64,000 nt of DNA from Candidatus Nomurabacteria bacterium (GTDB taxonomy: Bacteria; Patescibacteriota; Minisyncoccia; Phycocordibacterales; UBA918), in the NCBI GenBank assembly GCA_020632015.1, contig JACKGI010000003.1:65421-129420 (forward strand). The letters are read 5' to 3'. Shown here one piece after another: positions 25,503-34,222 of the stretch. Both the position numbers and the translations under genes were made by a program. Each line of letters starts with the position of its first letter. Position 1 is the first letter of the stretch. Below the pieces are notes generated by a model. The model worked only from the letters and a program-made list of their open reading frames with translations. It was not told the DNA's origin and ran no database searches.

Positions 25503-26150
25503 TTAGAAATAGAAAAATATACCTATTTCAAAAGCGCCAAAGTTACGCGTCGTGTCTTCTCGCCAGTAGCCTCTGTTTTCCGCCCTTCTAACCGGGTCCC
25601 AGATAGCTCCTTCTTGATCAGCTTCCATCCATCTAGCTGAGGCGGATAGTTTGGTGTGTGGAAATAGATCTATACTGATACCAAGCCTTCCCATTAGAGC
25701 ATTATCAATTTCGTATGAATGCTCGTAGTCTCTTGGGTCGACAGGAATCGGCCTAAACTTACTGTGGTGAGTATCGACCAAATCAGTATAGATAATCTCC
25801 TCCTGAACATCATGATTTGTTTTAACGTCGATTACTGCGTAGCCAAACTCAGCAAAGAAAGTAAGCCTTTCCCACTTTTGTTTACCGCCAAAACCAAACG
25901 TCCAGATAGTAGAATCACCAAGGGGTTGCCCCAGCATTCTTACTTTAGGAGTTTCGTAACCAGCAAACAGGTAGACAGGAAAGTCAGTGAGACCACCTTT
26001 TATATGTAGGCCCATTTCAGAGCCTGCGTCATCCTCGTAAATAGATTCAGTTATACCGGCTTCAAACTCGAGTATCTCTCCGGCAAAGGTGTGAGCAGAG
26101 AATAAAACAAAACTCACAAGCAGAAACAACACTTTTGTTGACCTGATCAT
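25503..26150 (-). CDS. secreted OMP-like beta-barrel protein
   Basis: Signal peptide MIRSTKVLFLLVSFVLFSAHTFA. Alternating-hydrophobic strands. C-terminal beta-signal-like FEIGIFFYF ending in Phe. Confidence 0.6.
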   Translation of the reverse strand: MIRSTKVLFLLVSFVLFSAHTFAGEILEFEAGITESIYEDDAGSEMGLHIKGGLTDFPVYLFAGYETPKVRMLGQPLGDSTIWTFGFGGKQKWERLTFFAEFGYAVIDVKTNHDVQEEIIYTDLVDTHHSKFRPIPVDPRDYEHSYEIDNALMGRLGISIDLFPHTKLSASARWMEADQEGAIWDPVRRAENRGYWREDTTRNFGAFEIGIFFYF

Positions 26151-26310
26151 GGTAGACCTCTCAATGTGGCAAAAAAGATTTAACGTACAAATGTACAGTG
26201 CTACAGCTAAAGGGTATATCATCATTTTTTAGATGTGGTGTCAATGCGACGCTTATTATCCACATGGATACAAAAAGATAATAATTTTATGTGGTAAAAA
26301 GTAAGTAATG

Positions 26311-26339
26311 GAGGTCGATCCGAAAGGGTCGACCTCTTT
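26311..26339 (+). terminator. orphan hairpin with GAAA tetraloop and T-run (possible sRNA terminator)
   Basis: GAGGTCGATCC-GAAA-GGGTCGACCTC includes one G.U pair valid only on the + strand and is followed by TTT. No upstream + strand gene. Confidence 0.35.
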
Positions 26340-26398
26340 GTGCGTATATAAGCACGCGATTACAAATTTAGAAGCTAACCAAGGATAAAAATATTAAT

Positions 26399-27133
26399 AT
26401 GCATATTACAAAAACACACCAGAACCTATTTGCCACTTTATTGCTAGCAGTAGCGTTTCTATTTGCTTTCTTTGCGGTCGGCACAACAGCTGTACACGCA
26501 GAAGAAAATTCTGATACAGAAGAATCTTCACAAGGAGATGAAAAAAAGAGGGAAGAAATGAAGAAGCGCATTGAAGAACTAAAAGCAGTTCTTGAGGCGC
26601 GTAAAGAAAATTTTAAAGAAAAGCGAGAAGAAGCTAAAGAAGAGTTTCAAGAAAAGCGTGAAGAGCACAAGGAAGAAATGAAGACAAACAAGGAAGACTT
26701 TTTTGCTAGTCTAGAAGGTTTGTCAGAAGAGGAGCGAAGGTCAAAGATGATGGAGTTTGTTCAGAACTTGCGACAAATAATAGAAGCAAGAAAAGCGGAG
26801 TTCCAATCTCAGTTAGACGCTAAGAAAGAAGAGTTTAAAGAAATGCGTGAAGAAGCTAAAGAAGAAAGAGTAGAATTTCGTTCAGATTTAGAAGGAATGA
26901 GTCGAGAAGAAAAGATTGCGGCGATTATGGATAGAGTTGCAGCTATCAAGAAACAAATGGAAGACAAAATGAACAGTGACGACGATGATGATATGGATGA
27001 TACTTCAGATGAAGATGAAGATGAAGATGAAGATGAAGATGAAGATGAAGATGAAGATGAAGATGAAGATGAAGATGACGATGAAGATGAAGATGACGAT
27101 GACGATGACGATGACGACGATTCAGAAGTATAA
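26399..27133 (+). CDS. secreted Lys/Glu-rich coiled-coil protein with a ~60-aa poly-Asp/Glu tail
   Basis: Signal peptide, repeated KEEFKEKREEAKEE units, and the C-terminal DEDEDEDE...DDDDDDDD tail. Confidence 0.7.
   Translation: MHITKTHQNLFATLLLAVAFLFAFFAVGTTAVHAEENSDTEESSQGDEKKREEMKKRIEELKAVLEARKENFKEKREEAKEEFQEKREEHKEEMKTNKEDFFASLEGLSEEERRSKMMEFVQNLRQIIEARKAEFQSQLDAKKEEFKEMREEAKEERVEFRSDLEGMSREEKIAAIMDRVAAIKKQMEDKMNSDDDDDMDDTSDEDEDEDEDEDEDEDEDEDEDEDDDEDEDDDDDDDDDDSEV
27008..27120 (+). repeat. coding microsatellite (GATGAA)n then (GATGAC)n
   Basis: About 12 perfect GATGAA units followed by GAC/GAT units; this encodes the acidic tail. Confidence 0.9.
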
Positions 27134-27154
27134 GACTCAATAATGAGCTAAACA

Positions 27155-27180
27155 AAAACAGCCCCTTTGGGGCTGTTTTT
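27155..27180 (+). terminator. Rho-independent terminator
   Basis: AAAAACAGCCCC-TTTG-GGGCTGTTTTT followed by ATTTTT. Confidence 0.8.
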
Positions 27181-27213
27181 ATTTTTGTATTGCAAAAAGG
27201 TATACTCATTATT

Positions 27214-27828
27214 ATGAACAAGTTTTATATTGTTTCAGGAGTTTTAATCACAATTATAATTTTGTGTCTTTCTTTTTTTAGAGACACTACCAAAATTGTT
27301 AACTACCCATCTTCTGGTACTACAATTGTTGCTTTTGGTGATAGTTTAGTTGAGGGCGTTGGGTCCACAAAAGGCAACGACTTTGTGAGTCTGCTTTCTG
27401 ATACTACTGGTGAGTCTATACAAAATTTAGGGGTAAGTGGAGATACAACAAGAGACGGCCTCGCAAGAGTAGATGAAGTATTAAATTTAAAACCTAAAAT
27501 AGTTTTACTTTTGCTTGGAGGTAATGACTATATTAAAAAAATACCCAAGGAAGAGACGTTTTCAAATTTAGAAAAAATAATAACTCAAATACAAGAAGAA
27601 GGATCAATAGTGATTTTGCTTGGTGTGAGGGGTGGGGTAATAAGGGACGAATACAAAGACGATTATAAAGCCTTAGCTAAAAAGACCGGTAGCGCGTATG
27701 TACCCAATGTCTTGGAAGGGCTTTTCGGTCGCTCAAACCTAATGTATGACGCCATTCATTCAAACGATGCTGGGTACAAAATTATTGCAGAAAGAGTAGA
27801 GCCAGTATTGCTTGAACTGCTAAAGTAA
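27214..27828 (+). CDS. SGNH/GDSL hydrolase
   Basis: Block I FGDSLVEG and GGND. Start set at ATG 27214 because TATACT (27201-27206) would lie inside the longer ORF. Confidence 0.8.
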   Translation: MNKFYIVSGVLITIIILCLSFFRDTTKIVNYPSSGTTIVAFGDSLVEGVGSTKGNDFVSLLSDTTGESIQNLGVSGDTTRDGLARVDEVLNLKPKIVLLLLGGNDYIKKIPKEETFSNLEKIITQIQEEGSIVILLGVRGGVIRDEYKDDYKALAKKTGSAYVPNVLEGLFGRSNLMYDAIHSNDAGYKIIAERVEPVLLELLK

Positions 27829-27837
27829 CTAGTATTC

Positions 27838-27866
27838 TTTACATAGGGTACCCCCTATGCTAAAAT
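27838..27866 (+). promoter_or_regulatory. promoter (TTTACA-17-TAAAAT) with a G/C-tract palindrome operator CATAGGGTACCCCCTATG in the spacer
   Basis: The palindrome at 27842-27859 resembles CsoR/CstR-type operators (G-tract/C-tract inverted repeat). It lies directly upstream of a CsoR-family gene. Confidence 0.5.
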
Positions 27867-27874
27867 ACAGTTAC

Positions 27875-28129
27875 ATGAATAAAGATAGGAAAAAAATTAT
27901 TGATCACATTAGTCGTTTGGAAGGGCAACTAGCTTCAGTTAAAAACGAATTAAAGCTAGATGTTCCAGATTGTGAAAAGGCGAGCAAGACCTTGCAGTCG
28001 GCAGCGCGTTCTTTTGCTGGCTTACGAGAACACTTTGTAGAAACATTTTTACTTACTCACTTTATAGATACTAAAAAGAAGAAAAACGAAAAGTTATTTA
28101 CCCAATTAATAGCCTTAATAAAAAGTTAA
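27875..28129 (+). CDS. CsoR/RcnR/CstR-family metal- or persulfide-sensing repressor
   Basis: RLEGQLASV helix, conserved Cys (DCEKA) and ~85 aa length. Start at 27875, 8 nt after the -10. Confidence 0.75.
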   Translation: MNKDRKKIIDHISRLEGQLASVKNELKLDVPDCEKASKTLQSAARSFAGLREHFVETFLLTHFIDTKKKKNEKLFTQLIALIKS

Positions 28130-28131
28130 TT

Positions 28132-28662
28132 ATGAGTGAAATTAAACATATTTCGGTTCAGTCATTTAAGGAAGTGGTGGAAGCTGAGAAAAATAACCCT
28201 TCAGTGGATTTTATTAATGTCTGTACACCGGTTGAGTATAAAGAGAAGCATATTGCAGGTGTTAGGAGCGTGCCTCTAGATGAAATCAAGGACCATGCTG
28301 GAGAATTTTCTGACAAGACCACTATTTATGTCCACTGTCGAAGCGGGAACAGAAGTCAACAAGCTATAGAACAACTTAAGCAACTTGGACTTAAGGCAGA
28401 TTTAGTTAATGTTGAAGGTGGTTTACTATCTTGGGATGAGGCTGGTTTTGCAACCAACAAGCTAACCAACAGAATCCCATTAATGCGACAAATATTAATC
28501 GCCGCAGGAAGTCTTGTTCTTTTGGGCTATATTCTATCTCTAGTAGTTGCTCCTCAATTTATTCTTATCAGTGTGTTTGTCGGTGCGGGATTAACTTTCG
28601 CAGGAGTATCAGGTTGGTGTGGAATGTCATTTTTGTTAGCAAAGATGCCATGGAATAAATAG
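28132..28662 (+). CDS. rhodanese fused to a 2-TM DUF2892-type domain (YgaP-like)
   Basis: Active-site HCRSGNRS. C-terminal two TM helices with GWCGMSFLLAKMPWN. Confidence 0.8.
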   Translation: MSEIKHISVQSFKEVVEAEKNNPSVDFINVCTPVEYKEKHIAGVRSVPLDEIKDHAGEFSDKTTIYVHCRSGNRSQQAIEQLKQLGLKADLVNVEGGLLSWDEAGFATNKLTNRIPLMRQILIAAGSLVLLGYILSLVVAPQFILISVFVGAGLTFAGVSGWCGMSFLLAKMPWNK

Positions 28663-28690
28663 TGATATTTAGAAGTTAACTAGATAAGTT

Positions 28691-29608
28691 ATGACAGAAA
28701 AAAATAACTATAAAAATTACTTTGAACACAAGCCAGTAGTGCAGGGATTCTTTGATGAACGCACAAATACAATTAGTTACGTAGTAGCTGATACTGAAAC
28801 AAAAAAGTGCGCAATCATAGATAGTGTTATGGATTACGAACCGCATGGCGCAACTCTATTCTTTGAGAACGCAGATGCGATTATTGATTACGTAAAAGAA
28901 AAGGGGTATGAGGTTGAGTGGATACTAGAAACTCATGTTCACGCTGATCATCTTTCTGCTGCTCCATATCTAAAGGAAAAGCTTGGTGGAACCATGGCTA
29001 TCGGAAAGTACATTGTCGATGTGCAAAATATTTTTGGAAAAGTATTTAATGAAGGGACTGAGTTCCAAAGAGACGGAAGTCAGTTTGATAGATTGTGGAG
29101 TGACGGTGACGATTTCACTCTAGGAAATATCCCAGCTTTTGTTATGCATACACCCGGACATACTCCTGCCGATATGGTGTACGTCATTGGCGACGCTGTG
29201 TTTGCTGGTGACACGATGTTTATGCCAGATTACGGTACAGCTAGGTGCGATTTTCCGGGTGGAAGTTCGTCGACCTTGTATGAATCTACGCAAAAAATAT
29301 TTGCGCTACCAGATGAGATGAGAATGTTCATGTGTCACGATTATCTGCCAGAAGGTAGAACTGAATATGCTTGGGAGACAACTGTTGGCGAACAAAAGAA
29401 AAACAACATTCATTTAAAACAAGGGACAGATGGAGAGAGGTTTAAAAAGATGCGCGATGACAGAGACGAGGCTTTAGGAATGCCAAAACTAATTATCCCG
29501 TCAATTCAAGTAAATATGAGAGCTGGCAATATGCCGAAAGACAAAGAAACTGGAAGCATGATGTTGAAGACTCCGGTCAATAGTGCTTTTTCAAAACAGC
29601 CGAAGTAA
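28691..29608 (+). CDS. MBL-fold hydrolase, persulfide dioxygenase-like (ETHE1/CstB-like)
   Basis: Metal motif ETHVHADH and HTPGHTP. Operon context with a CstR-like repressor and a rhodanese. Confidence 0.7.
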   Translation: MTEKNNYKNYFEHKPVVQGFFDERTNTISYVVADTETKKCAIIDSVMDYEPHGATLFFENADAIIDYVKEKGYEVEWILETHVHADHLSAAPYLKEKLGGTMAIGKYIVDVQNIFGKVFNEGTEFQRDGSQFDRLWSDGDDFTLGNIPAFVMHTPGHTPADMVYVIGDAVFAGDTMFMPDYGTARCDFPGGSSSTLYESTQKIFALPDEMRMFMCHDYLPEGRTEYAWETTVGEQKKNNIHLKQGTDGERFKKMRDDRDEALGMPKLIIPSIQVNMRAGNMPKDKETGSMMLKTPVNSAFSKQPK

Positions 29609-29631
29609 TCATATTGTCGAACATAAATTAA

Positions 29632-29656
29632 AAAGGCCTCGCTTCGCGAGGCCTTT
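29632..29656. terminator. bidirectional terminator between convergent genes
   Basis: AAAGGCCTCGC-TTC-GCGAGGCCTTT flanked by A-run and T-run. Confidence 0.75.
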
Positions 29657-29675
29657 GATTTGATGATTGCTCATC

Positions 29676-30419
29676 TCAGAATAAATACTTCACACCAACA
29701 ATCTTAGTGGCGTTAGTTGTTTTGCCGTCACCGGGGACGATGTAGATTTTCCCAGGTCCGGTAATGGTTAGATTTTTCCTTAAGGAATAGTCAACTCCAA
29801 GTTCAACTTTTATGTGCTCACCAGACAACACGTCGGTGTAGACCAGATCGGTTGTCAGATAGGTCTGAAACTTCCCGACTGGTATAGTTAGGCCAATGCC
29901 GACTACCGCATAGGGAGAGCTTTCTGTACTATCAGACAAAGACTCAGTGTAACCTCCTCCAGCTTGAAAATAGGTGTTTGGTAACCAGTCCAAATCTCCT
30001 TTTAGGTTAAAGCCAAGGCTAACCAAAGTGCCTTCAATTCCGCTGATGCTAACTTGGTAATTGTCACTCGCGTCATGCGTCTCTGCTGAGATGCCGGTTG
30101 AGAGTGACCAGTCCATGTTGCCAGTTGAAAATTTATAGAAGGTGTAGTCAGCGCTACCAAAAGTTGAAACCGGTTTACTCCCGATGTTGTCTCCGATAGA
30201 AACAGCTCGGAACTCAAGTTTCAGGTTGTTCCAGTTCACCAAAACTTCAAGGGGAACGATGTCTCCGTCATAGAAAATTTCTGTGGTGTATCCGTTGCGG
30301 GCACCTATATAATCATTTCCGTAGGAAAGAGAGACTTCGCCATTTATCTCAGCCAAAGCATGAGGAACAGTGATTGTGCTAAAAAAGAACAAAGTTCCGA
30401 ATATTCTTTGAGTTTTCAT
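29676..30419 (-). CDS. secreted OMP-like beta-barrel protein
   Basis: Signal peptide MKTQRIFGTLFFFSTITVPHALA. Amphipathic strands. C-terminal IVGVKYLF with hydrophobic/aromatic residues at -1, -3, -5 and -7. Confidence 0.6.
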   Translation of the reverse strand: MKTQRIFGTLFFFSTITVPHALAEINGEVSLSYGNDYIGARNGYTTEIFYDGDIVPLEVLVNWNNLKLEFRAVSIGDNIGSKPVSTFGSADYTFYKFSTGNMDWSLSTGISAETHDASDNYQVSISGIEGTLVSLGFNLKGDLDWLPNTYFQAGGGYTESLSDSTESSPYAVVGIGLTIPVGKFQTYLTTDLVYTDVLSGEHIKVELGVDYSLRKNLTITGPGKIYIVPGDGKTTNATKIVGVKYLF

Positions 30420-30590
30420 CGTCTGACACCTCAGTAAATTATTATGGAAAGCCATTTTCATCGTACTCCGATATAGGTGTCAGTCAATATTTAATAGGGG
30501 TATATCGTGTTGTGGTTGTTTACAGTGTGTTGTAAATGTAGTAATTTTCTGAGCGGTAGCACTTCACATAAATGAAACGGGAGTTTCGAA

Positions 30591-31937
30591 ATGACACAAA
30601 CGCATGAGGTCTTAGACCTGACTTCACATTGGGTGGGGTATGTGGCAATAGTAATTTTTGTTGCTGTTTACCTCGTTGTTATCCTTGAAGAAAGGATTCA
30701 TTTAAGGAAAAGCAAACCAGTGTTATTGGGGGCTGGGTTGATTTGGATATTCATCGCTATGGCGTATGTCCAAAAAGGAATGAATCATACGGCCGAAGAA
30801 TTGATACGGCACAATTTCCTAGAGTTTACAGAGATGTTCTTCTTTTTATTTGTCGCGATGACTTACATAAATGCGATGATAGAAAGAAATGTCTTCGACG
30901 CTTTGCGAACTTGGCTTGTCAGGAAGGGTTTTGGACTGAGGTCGCTGTTCTGGATGACTGGAGCATTGGCTTTTTTCATCTCACCTATTGCTGATAATTT
31001 AACTACTGCTCTTATTATGGGGGCGGTGATATTGTCTGTTGGGGGAGAGGATAAAAAGTTCATTTCAATCGGTTGCGTCAACATCGTGGTGGCAGCAAAT
31101 GCGGGTGGAGCCTTCAGTCCCTTTGGTGATATCACTACTCTCATGGTCTGGCAAAAAGGTATCCTTCCTTTCGGGGATTTCTTTGCTTTGTTTTTGCCGT
31201 CGTTGGTGAACTGGCTTATTCCCGCAACAGTCATGAGTTTCTTTGTGGCAACGACACCAGCCGGCGACTCAAGTGAGCCGGCAATTGGTATGAGAAGGGG
31301 AGCGAAGACAGTAATGCTGTTGTTTTTGGTTACGATTATAACCGCAGTATGCTTTCACAACTTCCTGCACCTACCTCCAGTCTATGGAATGTTGTTCGGC
31401 CTCAGTTTCCTAAAGTTCTTTGGTTATTACTTGTCAAAGACAAATGAGTCAATGTTTCCTCTGGAGTCTACTCAGGCAGATAATCCTGTTGGTAAGTACG
31501 ATATTTTTAAAAAAATCGAACGAGCTGAATGGGATACCCTGTTTTTCTTCTACGGCATCATTATGTGCGTCGGAGGACTTGGGGTAATTGGCTACTTGGA
31601 AATACTCTCGAAGTTTGCTTATGATGGATATGGAGCAATGACTGCAAATGTGTTGGTTGGTGTTTTATCTGCAATTGTTGATAATATACCAGTGATGTTT
31701 GCGGTGTTGACCATGAATCCTGACATGAGTGCGGGGCAGTGGCTTCTGGTCACGCTGACAGCTGGAGTCGGAGGTTCTTTGTTGTCTATTGGATCAGCTG
31801 CGGGAGTGGCTTTGATGGGAGGTCGAGCTAGAGGGAAGTATACGTTCTTTGGCCACTTGAAATGGACGCCGGTCATAGCTCTTGGCTATGTAGCGTCAAT
31901 CCTTGTTCATTATTATTTAAACCAGTCTCTTTTTTGA
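30591..31937 (+). CDS. nhaD: NhaD/ArsB-family Na+/H+ antiporter
   Basis: 448-aa polytopic permease with NhaD-like N-terminus and repeat topology. Family assigned by overall resemblance. Confidence 0.65.
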   Translation: MTQTHEVLDLTSHWVGYVAIVIFVAVYLVVILEERIHLRKSKPVLLGAGLIWIFIAMAYVQKGMNHTAEELIRHNFLEFTEMFFFLFVAMTYINAMIERNVFDALRTWLVRKGFGLRSLFWMTGALAFFISPIADNLTTALIMGAVILSVGGEDKKFISIGCVNIVVAANAGGAFSPFGDITTLMVWQKGILPFGDFFALFLPSLVNWLIPATVMSFFVATTPAGDSSEPAIGMRRGAKTVMLLFLVTIITAVCFHNFLHLPPVYGMLFGLSFLKFFGYYLSKTNESMFPLESTQADNPVGKYDIFKKIERAEWDTLFFFYGIIMCVGGLGVIGYLEILSKFAYDGYGAMTANVLVGVLSAIVDNIPVMFAVLTMNPDMSAGQWLLVTLTAGVGGSLLSIGSAAGVALMGGRARGKYTFFGHLKWTPVIALGYVASILVHYYLNQSLF

Positions 31938-31951
31938 GTTGGTTTGACCTA

Positions 31952-31986
31952 CAGCCCTGCGTAAGCGGGGCTGCTTTCTTTTTTAG
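31952..31986 (+). terminator. Rho-independent terminator
   Basis: CAGCCCTGC-GTAA-GCGGGGCTG followed by CTTTCTTTTTT. Confidence 0.8.
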
Positions 31987-32080
31987 CTAAAAAGCTAGTC
32001 TTATCTATATTGACAAACAGCTATTTTAAGTATATAATAATAGATAGTATAAACACTCAGATTGTTCTTGGGAGGGTAAA

Positions 32081-32671
32081 ATGACCGAGGTAAAGTTGCT
32101 TCAAAAAGAAGTCTCAAGGCTGACCAAGTTGGTTGCTAGTCAAGAGGAGGTGATAAAAAAACTCCAAAAGGAAGCGGAGTTGGCAATCACCGATTCGTTG
32201 ACTGGTTTGCCAAATCGTCGAGCTTTTGATAAAGCCTTTGACCGTATAACTAGTGAGCTGAGACGGAAAGGAGGGAGACGGACTAGAGGTTCGGTCAAGA
32301 GTGTCGGCTTGTTGTTTGTAGACGTTAATCGGTTCAAACCGATTAACGATACTTTTGGACATGAAGCTGGAGACAAGGTTTTGGTAGTAATTGCCGGAGC
32401 CCTGAAGAAATGCTTTCCTCGAGAAAGCGACTTGGTAGCCAGACTTGGTGGAGATGAATTTGTTGTAATTCTGCCAAGGGTCTCAGAAGAAGATCTTCTT
32501 CGCCTCACCAAAAAGCTCAAGTCTGTAGTGAAGAAAGCAGACTATGATATTGGTGACGATTTTGAGGTCACTGTGAGTGTGGGTGCAACTCTTGCAACGA
32601 ATCAAACAGAGGCAAAAAATCTCTTAGACAGAGCCGACAAGGCTATGTATAAAGATAAGTCCGAGGGTTGA
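32081..32671 (+). CDS. GGDEF diguanylate cyclase with an N-terminal coiled coil
   Basis: A-site RLGGDEFVV and I-site RESD five residues upstream. LTGLPNRRAF start of the GGDEF domain. Confidence 0.85.
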   Translation: MTEVKLLQKEVSRLTKLVASQEEVIKKLQKEAELAITDSLTGLPNRRAFDKAFDRITSELRRKGGRRTRGSVKSVGLLFVDVNRFKPINDTFGHEAGDKVLVVIAGALKKCFPRESDLVARLGGDEFVVILPRVSEEDLLRLTKKLKSVVKKADYDIGDDFEVTVSVGATLATNQTEAKNLLDRADKAMYKDKSEG

Positions 32672-32698
32672 TTAGGGCGGAGATGCTTCTCAAATCAA

Positions 32699-32726
32699 AT
32701 AGACGGCACGAATCTGTGCCGTCTAT
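32699..32726 (+). terminator. terminator hairpin
   Basis: ATAGACGGCAC-GAATCT-GTGCCGTCTAT followed by ATTT. Confidence 0.65.
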
Positions 32727-32762
32727 ATTTATTTATAAATCTATGTATACTGGGGAATACTT

Positions 32763-33566
32763 ATGTTTTTAGAAGCAGTCGGGATATCTATTTTAATCGC
32801 GTTGTTGTCAGTGTTGGGTGTAGTAGCCTTTGGTCATGATAAAAAACTGATTGGAGCAGAACGTTATGTTGTACCGGTAGCGGCGGGTGTTTTTCTTAGT
32901 TTAGTTTTAAATGAGTTGTTGCCTGAAACATTAGAAGCTTCACCTGAGTGGGGTGGGACAGTGGTGGTGGTTGGTTTTTTAGCTTTTTATATTTTGTCCC
33001 ACAAGTTACACGAAAGGTTTCATCATCTCGAAACTGAAGACTGTAATAGGAAGGGGGCAGCTTCGCTTCTTTTGATAGGAGATGGTATTCATAATTTTAC
33101 AGACGGAATAATTTTAGGTGGAGCATTTTTGATTGACCCAACTGTTGGTGTGGCAACTGCGATTGGTTTAGCGATGCATGAAATTCCACAGGAAATTGTA
33201 GAATTTGGAGTTTTAATTCGAGCTGGCTACACCAGACTTCAAGCAGCTATTTTAAATTTAATTTCAGCTAGTACGATTGTTCTTGGTACGGTGGTTGTGT
33301 TGTTCTTGTACAACAGTGCCGATGAATACGTTTGGATTTTGGTTGGTCTGGCGGCCGGTAATATGTTGTATTTAGCAGCCGGAGATTTTATACCTAGAAT
33401 ACACGACAACCTCAAGCATTATGGGAGTATTTGGCGTTCGACTATATCGATAGCTATTGGTTTTATTTTGATGACACTATTGCTTACATGGGTGCACGAG
33501 AATTTCGCTCCCACACATGAGCATGATCATTCTCACGAAGAAGAAAGTCATTTGATTTTGGATTAG
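32763..33566 (+). CDS. ZIP-family metal transporter (ZupT-like)
   Basis: HNFTDG and HEIPQE motifs, polytopic. Confidence 0.8.
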   Translation: MFLEAVGISILIALLSVLGVVAFGHDKKLIGAERYVVPVAAGVFLSLVLNELLPETLEASPEWGGTVVVVGFLAFYILSHKLHERFHHLETEDCNRKGAASLLLIGDGIHNFTDGIILGGAFLIDPTVGVATAIGLAMHEIPQEIVEFGVLIRAGYTRLQAAILNLISASTIVLGTVVVLFLYNSADEYVWILVGLAAGNMLYLAAGDFIPRIHDNLKHYGSIWRSTISIAIGFILMTLLLTWVHENFAPTHEHDHSHEEESHLILD

Positions 33567-34171
33567 TGAGCTATTGCTAAACATCTGAGTTTTACTCCAG
33601 AGGGTACATGAGGCGCGAGCGTAGCTCGCGCCTCTTCCAAAGTCGCTCCGGTTGTAAGTACGTCGTCAATGATTACAATTTGATCGTATTGAGATAAATC
33701 AACTTTTTCATTTTTATAAACAAAGGCACCTTGTATATTTTTGGTTCGAGAGTCTTTATCTAATTTTGATTGTGGCTCTGTTTCCTTAATGCGACATAAA
33801 ATCGAACTATCTATACATATATTATTATCAAGGGCGTCCAGAATATTTTCTACTTGGTTGTATCCTCGTTCTCTCAATCTATTTTTACCTAGAGGTATAG
33901 CTATATATAAAGTCGGCAGTATCTGATGCTTTGTCCACTGTAAAAGAATTTGTGCCAAAAGCTCAGTAGATCTTTTATTATTATGGAATTTATTTTCAGT
34001 GACACAGGCTTGTATAAGAGGTGTTTTGTAGGAACTTAAATATATACAAGATTGAAATGTACCTGGTGAGTACAATTTCATAATGTCTTCAGTAGTTGAT
34101 TCTTGAATCAACTTTTCAGTCGGTCTGGGTGGGAAGACAAGATTAAGTAATTGTGTGAGTAACTTAAGCAT
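33563..34171 (-). CDS. comF: ComF-family phosphoribosyltransferase-like protein
   Basis: PRT motif VIIDDVLTTGATLEEA. Adjacent to the pilus/competence cluster. Confidence 0.75.
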   Translation of the reverse strand: MLKLLTQLLNLVFPPRPTEKLIQESTTEDIMKLYSPGTFQSCIYLSSYKTPLIQACVTENKFHNNKRSTELLAQILLQWTKHQILPTLYIAIPLGKNRLRERGYNQVENILDALDNNICIDSSILCRIKETEPQSKLDKDSRTKNIQGAFVYKNEKVDLSQYDQIVIIDDVLTTGATLEEARATLAPHVPSGVKLRCLAIAH

Positions 34172-34222
34172 AGATGGCTATTATACTCGAATGTACATGA
34201 TAGAATAATCATAACTATATCT

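Noticed and set aside
27008-27120. Possible CRISPR-like or other non-coding tandem array
   Set aside because: The unit is 6 nt with no spacers and lies in frame within a CDS. It is a coding microsatellite, not a CRISPR array. No repeat-spacer arrays were seen anywhere in the window.
26946-27221. 91-aa minus-strand ORF made of His-Leu/His-Arg repeats
   Set aside because: It is the antisense reading of the (GATGAA)n microsatellite inside the acidic-protein gene.
33601-33640. Strong hairpin GAGGCGCGAGC-GTA-GCTCGCGCCTC as a terminator
   Set aside because: It lies inside the ComF-family coding sequence (encoding ...LEEARATLAP...) with no adjacent T-run, so it is probably coincidental or an mRNA structure only.
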